Shown here: positions 58,701 through 64,000 of the stretch, piece after piece | Numbering within the stretch: position 1 is the stretch's first letter | Layout: the number at the start of each line of letters is the position of its first letter | Assembly: GCA_950097015.1 (NCBI GenBank) | Contig: CATNEN010000034.1 | Coordinates: forward strand, 3,224,001 to 3,288,000 | DNA: 64,000 bases | Source of the DNA: Macrostomum hystrix | Taxonomy: Eukaryota > Animalia > Platyhelminthes | Reading direction: 5' to 3' | Position numbers and translations under genes: made by a program | Notes under the pieces: generated by a model | Databases searched by the model: none | What the model was told of the DNA's origin: nothing | The model's input: the letters and a program-made list of their open reading frames with translations, nothing else

Positions 58701-61101
58701 GAGAAATTCCTTTCACGATTAGCTGTCTATGCGGGTTAAAACATCCACAAAAAAACTGCGCATGATCAGGTTACGAGTACATTGCAAACTTGGAAGATAT
58801 ATGTTTAATTTTTTGGAATCGTGACCAACCAGCAACGCAGTAAAGCAACTGCTAATTATTAAAAAGCTATTCTTTAAAATTCAAATACAATCTACAAATT
58901 TGAGTACAACAAATTAGAATACAGCACTGAGGCCCTCTAAAAGAAGCCAGTCACAAGAAAGTATCAATTAGGACTGATTTAAGAGTGGCTAAAAAGAGAA
59001 AACAGCCCCCCCGAGGCTTTCAAGTCAAGCGGCACGTTTGAGACACTTTTTCTTCTAGTTAGTCGCAACTAAAACTAACTAGATACCCAGGCCCCTGCTC
59101 ACCGCCGCTTGATACTGATATTGAAACACTAACAGCAAGCCTGGGACAAAATCACAGAGAGTCACAGAGAAATATAGGAGAGAAAAACTGTTGGGGATAA
59201 CAGAGAGAGCAGAAGGGGGTGTGTAGAGGTAGAAAGAGTGAAAGAGAGACAGGTCGAAAGGGTGAAAAATGAGGCTAAGTATGGAGAGATGAGTGGCAGT
59301 AGGGTGACAATAGAGAGAGTGACAGGCCATAGAGACAGGAGCGAGTGTCAGAGGAGAGAGGATAGAGTGACATAGGGGAGAGGATAGAGTGACATAGGGG
59401 AGAGGATAGAGTGACGGAGGAGAGAGGAGCGAGTGTCAGAGGAGAGAGGATAGAGTGACGGAGGAGAGAGGATAGAGTGACAGAGGAGGGAGGAGCGAGT
59501 GACAGAGGAGAGAGGATAGAGTGACAGAGGAGGGAGGGGAGCGAGTGTCAGATGAGAGAGGATAGAATGACAGAGGAGAGAGGATAGAATTATTGCGATC
59601 GAGTTAGCAACTGTCAAAGTGTTGATGTCAATTGACTCACTATTCGAACACCATGTAGAGCATGCCGTCCATGCTGTAGGTCTCAAGCAGCTCAACAATG
59701 TGATTGTGCTTCAACAGATGACAAATGCTAGCCTCACGTTTCAAATCTGAATAATCGAAATTAAAAAACATGTTTATAGAATAGTTTGCATGAGAACAGT
59801 AGAATAATGTGCACAAATAACACTGCGCCGCACCTTCTGTAGTGAGGCCAGGACTCGAAGCGAATTTCGTCACGTCGACAATCTTGACAGCAAACAGCTT
59901 CTGTGTCTGCTTGTGTACACATTTTCTAACAACGCTAAATGGGCCCCTGTTAAAGAGTTGCATTAAAAATTTTGTTTTAGATTATACTCTCTCTTGGTTT
60001 GAAGGGGCAGCATATATATATTAAGAAGTTTCTGAAAGTTCATGGTAAACAAACCTAAAAAAAGCTTTTATGTAGCTAAGTTAACTTATTTTATTGCACC
60101 ATAAATAGAAAAAATGAGATAATACCATATCAATGTTCCTATACTTTTTTAAATAGCTACTGATATGTATTATATGTATATGTATGTAATAGCTACTCAA
60201 TGACTTTTATATCTAAAAGTATGGTTAATTTCTAAGAATATATATAGTCTGATCCAACATTAATTGTATCCAATTTAGGGTTCAAAATTTATTTAAAATT
60301 AAATTAATTAATTTAATTAAATTTAAGTTATTACAATTAAAAGAGTGACAGGAGTAAGATAAACCATGTCATAAAATACACCAGTGTGGCATGACATACA
60401 AAGCACAGTAACTAAGACACACAGTAAAAATAGTAATAGGAATATAATAACAATAATACTAAGAGAGCTATAATTATAATTAGAAGCAGAGGTTGTAGTC
60501 TAGTGGTTAAGGCATCGGACTCACGACTTAAAGGTCGGGGGTTCGATTCCCGACTCCACTGGAACAATTTGCGTCCTTTAGCAAGACACCTAACTCTGCA
60601 TTGCTTTAGTTCACCCAGCTGTTAAATGGGTACCAGCATCAGCTGGGATAATTGAAGGTGGGTGTGGCATCCCCCCAGTCTGTGGACTGAACAGCTGTAC
60701 GCAGCCTTCAGATGCGCCAGGCATTAGCTACGGCTGTGCTGTCGGCTGCACATCTGACCCAATTGGGGCAGGTGTAATCAATTATTATTATTATTATTAT
60801 GACAAGATATATAAATACTCATATGTACAAAACAAAAGCAGGGGAATTTATTGACTGAAAAAGTAAACTGAGCAATAATTTCATATATTATTAAAAATAT
60901 TGTTTCAATTCTATTATCTTGGACAGATTGTAATTAGTTTATTATATAAAAGTTTGCAAACAGCAAAAAATTATTAACCTGTTTTATGCATAGCTAGTTC
61001 AAACATCACTCAATGACAACTTACTTTCCAATTACTTCAAGTAATTGATAGACATCATCAAAAAGAATATCATGATCCATTAGTGCTCGATCCTCAGTCA
61101 T
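28607..61101 (-). CDS. CASK: CASK / LIN-2 MAGUK scaffold (CaMK-like pseudokinase, 2x L27, PDZ, SH3, HOOK, GK); 17 coding exons, about 910-917 aa
   Basis: Exons assembled by hand with GT-AG boundaries and consistent phases. Total 2733 nt from ATG 61080 = 910 aa + stop, or 917 aa from the in-frame ATG at 61101. Hallmarks: [55 protein letters not shown]-terminal [10 protein letters not shown]. Confidence 0.97.
29165..29463 (-). CDS. CASK: CASK exon 16 (GK: HTTRPP...[20 protein letters not shown]...LDVEPQAL)
   Basis: CCCCAG acceptor, AAT|GTGAGT donor, 299 nt. Confidence 0.96.
29478..30770. repeat. G-rich minisatellite, 12-13-nt units GGGAATGGGTCAA / TGGAATGGGTCAA, filling CASK intron 15
   Basis: Tandem units with variants; occupies nearly the whole 1317-nt intron. 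Confidence 0.95.
30781..31147 (-). CDS. CASK: CASK exon 15 (SH3 end, HOOK, GK start)
   Basis: GCTTAG acceptor, C|GTGAGT donor, 367 nt; [31 protein letters not shown]. Confidence 0.95.
31316..31447 (-). CDS. CASK: CASK exon 14 (SH3: [44 protein letters not shown])
   Basis: CCGCAG acceptor, CAG|GTGAGA donor, 132 nt. Confidence 0.96.
31518..32552. repeat. Minisatellite, 20-nt unit GATGGGGTGAGAA(AAT/GGG)GATA
   Basis: About 52 copies, next to the exon 14 acceptor. Confidence 0.96.
33370..33562 (-). mobile_element. SINE family 1, second copy (head + CORE-like domain, 3' decayed)
   Basis: Reverse complement GCGTCGGACTTCTGACTTAGAGGTCGGGGGTTCGAATC...AATTTGCGTCATTTAGCAA..GACACCTAA..CATTGCTTTA aligns to 60500-60630. 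Confidence 0.82.
33933..34022 (-). CDS. CASK: CASK exon 13 ([30 protein letters not shown])
   Basis: CTGCAG acceptor, GAG|GTAATT donor, 90 nt; end of PDZ. Confidence 0.88.
34138..34420. repeat. Minisatellite, 33-nt unit GCAAAGCAATCCTTCCTGACCAATCGGAGAA(T/A)T (CCAAT-containing)
   Basis: About 8 copies. Confidence 0.92.
34958..35043 (-). CDS. CASK: CASK exon 12 (PDZ: [29 protein letters not shown])
   Basis: CTGCAG acceptor, CTG|GTCAGT donor, 86 nt. Confidence 0.95.
35135..35494 (+). mobile_element. tRNA-derived SINE, family 2, copy A
   Basis: A-box-like TGCCAGAGCGG, B-box-like GCTCGATTCC, AT-rich (ATT-like) tail; second copy inverted at 37021-37346. Confidence 0.75.
35534..35612 (-). CDS. CASK: CASK exon 11 (PDZ: [26 protein letters not shown])
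   Basis: TTATAG acceptor, G|GTGAGT donor, 79 nt. Confidence 0.95.
35652..35920. repeat. Minisatellite, 20-nt unit GTGAACAGCAGTGATTTGGA
   Basis: About 13 copies filling CASK intron 10. Confidence 0.95.
35937..36119 (-). CDS. CASK: CASK exon 10 ([14 protein letters not shown]...[17 protein letters not shown])
   Basis: GGCCAG acceptor, ATG|GTGAGT donor, 183 nt. Confidence 0.95.
36158..36365. repeat. Degenerate about 30-nt repeat CTCATCCCTTGAGCTTCTGGATTCTCCCTA
   Basis: Fills CASK intron 9. Confidence 0.88.
36379..36555 (-). CDS. CASK: CASK exon 9 (LYDHINC...[12 protein letters not shown]; L27)
   Basis: CGCAG acceptor, CGG|GTATGC donor, 177 nt, phase 0/0. Confidence 0.93.
36660..36970. repeat. 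Minisatellite, 34-nt unit TTCTGGTTTCTACCCTCCTGACAGATATTTTAAC
   Basis: About 9 copies. Confidence 0.94.
37021..37346 (-). mobile_element. SINE family 2, copy B (5' truncated, inverted relative to copy A)
   Basis: Shared blocks with the reverse complement of 35170-35475, e.g. ACACAGGTGTGTACATCTGCCCTGACTTTTTCGTCGTCAA and TGTGGCCTCGCCGCGGAATCGAGCTCAGGGACC. Confidence 0.8.
37416..37534 (-). CDS. CASK: CASK exon 8 (first L27: [17 protein letters not shown]...SLHSLLE)
   Basis: TTGCAG acceptor, GAG|GTAGAA donor, 119 nt. Confidence 0.93.
37636..37940. repeat. Minisatellite, 28-nt unit GGTAACTTCAGGGAGGCAATTTCATTTA changing to 14-nt GGTAACTTCAGGGA
   Basis: About 8 copies of the 28-mer, then about 5 of the 14-mer. 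Confidence 0.93.
38318..41240. repeat. Minisatellite, 34-nt unit CTACACTAGCTGACAATAGAGACCATCTGTCACT, about 86 copies
   Basis: Direct tandem periodicity with variant units. Confidence 0.97.
41815..42602. repeat. Minisatellite, 21-nt unit CCCATTATCC(A/T)ATCTGACAAA
   Basis: About 37 copies. Confidence 0.95.
42945..43612. repeat. Purine-rich minisatellite, about 24-nt unit GAGAGAGTAGATGGGGA(G/T)ATTTAG
   Basis: About 27 copies with GA-length variation. Confidence 0.94.
43737..44055 (-). CDS. CASK: CASK exon 7 (kinase C-lobe end, CaM-binding/autoinhibitory segment [16 protein letters not shown])
   Basis: CCGCAG acceptor, G|GTGAGG donor, 319 nt. Confidence 0.95.
44076..44635. repeat. Minisatellite, 16/20-nt units GAGACTGAGATGGGGT / GAGACTGAGATAGATTGGGT
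   Basis: Tandem periodicity up to the exon 7 acceptor. Confidence 0.94.
44648..44855. repeat. Minisatellite, 22-nt unit GAGACACAACTGGGTGATGACT
   Basis: About 9 copies, running into the exon 6 donor. Confidence 0.94.
44856..45031 (-). CDS. CASK: CASK exon 6 ([20 protein letters not shown]...LCGRYR)
   Basis: CCGCAG acceptor, CGG|GTGAGT donor, 176 nt; APE motif. Confidence 0.96.
45228..45980. repeat. Minisatellite, 15-nt unit ATTCTCAAATCGAC(A/C)
   Basis: About 50 copies. Confidence 0.96.
46770..47430. repeat. Composite minisatellite on a GAAGCGTTTGAGTCGTT core (about 20-, 40- and 60-nt periods)
   Basis: Repeated GCGTTTGAG cores with higher-order period. Confidence 0.9.
48117..48532. repeat. 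Minisatellite, 48-nt unit CACTATCCGCTCTCGTCCCCGCTTAGTGTACATTCAATAGAGCTGAAT
   Basis: About 9 copies. Confidence 0.95.
48631..48806 (-). CDS. CASK: CASK exon 5 ([30 protein letters not shown]...[11 protein letters not shown])
   Basis: CCGCAG acceptor, G|GTGCGT donor, 176 nt; pseudokinase catalytic loop and GFG motif. Confidence 0.96.
48987..49064 (-). CDS. CASK: CASK exon 4 ([25 protein letters not shown])
   Basis: TTGCAG acceptor, AC|GTGAGT donor, 78 nt; not called in the ORF track. Confidence 0.95.
49152..50400. repeat. Minisatellite, 17-nt units GGGAATTCTGTGAATAA / GGGAATTCTGTGAGTCT, about 73 copies
   Basis: Two interspersed variant units. Confidence 0.96.
51335..51383. repeat. Compound (GCA)n(GCG)n microsatellite
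   Basis: GCAGCAGCA... followed by GGCGGCGGT... Confidence 0.9.
51712..52205. repeat. Degenerate about 34-nt minisatellite GATGCCATGGGATCTGGGGATTTTCATCGAATTG
   Basis: About 14 diverged copies. Confidence 0.9.
53040..53215 (+). mobile_element. SINE family 1, degenerate third copy
   Basis: GTTCGAATC B box at about 53061; TGGACTGAACAGATGTACACAGCCTT (53159) matches TGGACTGAACAGCTGTACGCAGCCTT in the 60486 copy. Confidence 0.65.
53234..54215. repeat. Minisatellite, 20-nt unit GAGAAGCGTTTGGG(A/T)CGTGA, about 49 copies
   Basis: Direct tandem periodicity. Confidence 0.97.
55120..56330. repeat. Minisatellite, 20/19-nt unit CTCACTGCCTACTCAACA(T)G
   Basis: About 60 copies. Confidence 0.96.
58458..58660. 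repeat. Pyrimidine-rich 31-33-nt repeat CACTCCACCAAATCTCTATTCTCACTCCT(CT)GT
   Basis: About 6 copies. Confidence 0.9.
59335..59588. repeat. Purine-rich about 20-22-nt repeat GAGGAGAGAGGATAGAGTGACA
   Basis: About 12 diverged copies near the exon 3 donor. Confidence 0.88.
59641..59746 (-). CDS. CASK: CASK exon 3 ([35 protein letters not shown])
   Basis: ATTCAG acceptor, TA|GTGAGT donor, 106 nt. Confidence 0.96.
59834..59946 (-). CDS. CASK: CASK exon 2 ([37 protein letters not shown])
   Basis: TTTAACAG acceptor, G|GTGCGG donor, 113 nt. Confidence 0.96.
60486..60800 (+). mobile_element. tRNA-derived SINE, family 1 (CORE-like central domain, (ATT)n tail), apparently full length
   Basis: A box TAGTCTAGTGG (60496), B box GGTTCGATTCC (60540). 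Segment 60571-60630 GCGTCCTTTAGCAAGACACCTAAC...CAGCTGTTAAATGGG resembles the MIR/CORE consensus. Ends in (ATT)n. Lies in CASK intron 1. Confidence 0.85.
61025..61101 (-). CDS. CASK: CASK coding exon 1 (MTEDRAL)[19 protein letters not shown]
   Basis: Matches the CASK N-terminus ([20 protein letters not shown] type). Donor AA|GTAAGT at 61024, phase 2. Two in-frame ATGs (61101, 61080). Upstream acceptor ATATTTAG at 61120. Absent from the ORF track. Confidence 0.9.
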
Positions 61102-62384
61102 TTTATTGATTATGAAGCACTAAATATTTACATGTAACATACAATTTATTATATAATTTAATCTTTTGTCCTGTTTCTACTGCTTGATCAAAGAACTAAT
61201 TGGTTTTAACTAAAATAAATATGTGATCTACAAAGGCAGGTTATGAAATATGATAATATAACTTGAAGTTTCACTTGAAAGCAGAATCAGGAGTGAATCA
61301 CTGTAAGTCTTTTATATAATTGAAATAAATTATTAAGACATTCCGACATTCGACCTAAGGGCAAAAGACAACACGCATGAGGGCATAGATTTCTTTGAGA
61401 ATCATGGAAAAGCAAATAATCAAAAACGTTTGCTTACAACTTTAAACTTGCTATTTAGCAATAATTAAAAAATAAATATAATAAATTTCTATAAAATTTT
61501 CGCTTTTAGTTTTTATATCCGAAACAGCAACATACATTGCTTGAATTATTTGTTTAAGATACTTGGTTTCTGTGAAGCCTTAGAAGCTCGGAAGAACTTA
61601 TGGCCGTAAGTATTACAAAAAGCTTAGGTTTGAAGTTTGAAGTTTGAAGTTTATGTAAGATCCGTGAACGATATAAGTTATAAAGGCTTGCGGTGTGAGG
61701 CTTGCAGTTTTGGTGCGTAACATGCGAGCCAACATTGTTATTTAATTAAAAAAATCATCTATGCATATTCCTGGTTAGCTTGCTTAGCTTGTTTAAGAAG
61801 CGAACACATTTATTTAATGGAAACTTATTTTTGCCAATTATGGTGTAGTTCCTACATTGCATATAGCACACGTTCAGTAATTTCGCCTGGAAGTGGATAC
61901 AGATTAGCAAGAAATGGTAAAAAGCTCCTGCTAAAATGCTTCATTTTAAAAAATCTGTTCAGATATAATTTGCACGTTTTTGCACGTGTCGCGTCCAACT
62001 CAAGTAAGTCCCATGCACGCATCCGGCACAATTACGCTCGTATTTATATGCAGTTTCTAACGAAAGAAAAAGCTTTTTAATTATGCCTGTAGCGCAGTTT
62101 GGATATTCGAAACGGCGGCGAAGTATCGGATTGAACTCATACCTATACGTTTTACTGTGGCATCAGAGTTCACCGTACAACGCAGTCAATCTTAAACTTA
62201 AGAATATATGCCAGTACGAGTAGCTCAATGTAATGGAGACCACATCGAAGCGAATATAAATTTGCTGTTTATCTTATATAAAAGAGTACGACATCCAAAA
62301 CCGGGCTTCATCTACGGCTTGAGGCCGTGTCGCTGTCGCTGATTAACGACGCAAGCAGATTCCGACTCCGCCCACCGGTCTGCA

Positions 62385-62575
62385 GGGGTGGGGTGAGTTT
62401 CTGAGTTTGGCGTGCAGGGCTGGTGTGGGTTTGTGGATTTGGTGGCAGGGCTGGGGTGGGTTTGTGGGTTGATTTGCAGAGCTGGGGTGGGTTTTTGGGT
62501 TTGGCGTGTGCTGGGTGGGGAGGGTTTGTGGGTTTGGTGCTTTCAGGGGTGGTATGGGGTGGGTTTGTGGGTCTG
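62385..62575. repeat. Degenerate GT-rich low-complexity repeat (GGGTGGGTTTGTGGGTTT-like)
   Basis: Multiple GGG/GGGG runs. Confidence 0.8.
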
Positions 62576-63730
62576 TCTTGCCGTCCTAGATACTGCATTG
62601 TTTTTTTAATTAATTTTATTTCGTGCTGCAAGTCAGAAAATTAGTATTCTTAAAAGATATTTTCACGTGTGGCATTAAAAAGGTAAGCAGCTATTTCGCT
62701 TCCAGAGCACTTTTCGAAGAAGAAGCGCTTTAGGGTACTTTATAGTAAACGCGGAAGCTTGCTTGTCGAAGTTTCCTTGCCGATATTTGCTTTCAGAAAT
62801 TTTGCTTTAACCTACACGGAACTTTCGTTCAAGTAGACAAGACAAGTACTCAAGCAAATCTGCTCAGTCCATGAGGACTACTGAATTCAAACAGTGAAGA
62901 TTTGACAATTGCAGCCAGTACTATGCTCATAGTTCTGCCTATTGTTATAATTTATATATTATCATATAAGTTCAAACGTGCTAAAATCATACTGCAAATG
63001 ATCCCTATCAACGAGTACTAAATCCTTCGTGTGAAATTCAAAATCTGAAGTCTTTACCCCCCCCTAAATGGGAATAGAGCAGTTAAGAAGGAGATCACAG
63101 CACAGACTTTAGCGACAGATATGCAGCATCAACGTCAGGATGTTAGTGAAGTTATGAAGGGGAAAATAATGTAAAACCGATTCAATTTCAATGTTATTAT
63201 TTTTTTTCATGCTTATGAAATAAAATACACTGTAATATACTTTTCAATCCACGAGCGAAATAAGAGAGAAGTCAACAGAAGGTTACTGACTCGAAAGTAT
63301 TCGTATTTATACTATGTATAGTAACATATATGTCACATTCATTTGAGCAAAGCTTTATCTAACAGCTCTAGATATATGTTAGAGAGAATACAATGACTGC
63401 GAAGAAAGTTTCAAATTTATATGCTACTTATAGTAGGCAGGAGCAAACGAAAACATCGATTGCTCAAAAGTGTGAATGGGGCATTTCACTGTCCCGAAAT
63501 TTCCCTTTGCCGAAACCCAAAAAATTTCCAGATTTATCGTCATTGGCTTTGGACGAAATAAATTTGGCTGACGAAGAGAAATTTTGGGAAATTAAAGTTT
63601 TGGATATGTGACTTGGGTGAACCAATCATTTTTGTGCAATGGGTAGTTTCAGTAAGTCCATTGCGTAGCTCAGGGACATCATTGAGTAGTTAGACGGGGC
63701 AATTTACTATACAAAAGAGGCAAAAATCCG

Positions 63731-64000
63731 CCCAGCCAATCCCGAGACTATTTACATTAGAGACTGGGGCAGCAAGCGATTGATTGGCCAGCTAGCCGTG
63801 GGTCGGGTTGGACACATGCCCAGCCAATCCCGAGACTATTTACATTAGAGACTGGGGCAGCAAGCGATTGATTGGCCAGCTAGCCGTGGGTCGGGTTGGA
63901 CACATGCCCAGCCAATCCCGAGACTATTTACATTAGAGACTGGGGCAGCAAGCGATTGATTGGCCAGCTAGCCGTGGGTCGGGTTGGACACATGCCCAGC
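63731..64000. repeat. Perfect 88-nt tandem repeat, at least 3 copies, runs off the window end
   Basis: CCCAGCCAATCCCGAGACT... recurs at 63731, 63819, 63907 and (partial) 63995. Confidence 0.96.

Noticed and set aside
60486-60560. tRNA gene candidates (also 33490-33562 minus, 35135-35210, 15960-16012)
   Set aside because: A/B boxes are present, but acceptor and anticodon stems do not pair properly and the heads continue into SINE bodies.

Overview
Eukaryotic (metazoan) genomic DNA containing two convergent protein-coding genes; about 55% (about 35 kb, estimated by eye) is tandem minisatellite. (1) A complete CASK/LIN-2 gene lies on the minus strand. I traced 17 coding exons from 61101 (or 61080) to the stop at 28607. 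All introns are GT-AG with consistent phases, giving about 910-917 aa with CaMK-like pseudokinase, L27-L27, PDZ, SH3, HOOK and GK domains. (2) An alpha2-adrenergic-type biogenic-amine GPCR with an intronless CDS lies on the plus strand (14586-15953). There are about 37 distinct minisatellite arrays (12-88 nt units), many abutting splice sites, plus two tRNA-derived SINE families, one with a CORE-like domain. GC-rich exons, AT-rich introns and minisatellites packed against exon borders suggest a Macrostomum-like flatworm; this is inference only. Almost all long ORFs in the supplied track are repeat artefacts. I found no clearly new biological system. The best leads are distant minisatellite arrays sharing sequence cores (one pair inverted 23 kb apart), an inverted SINE pair bracketing three CASK exons, a divergent CASK HOOK region and a steep GC3 gradient within CASK.
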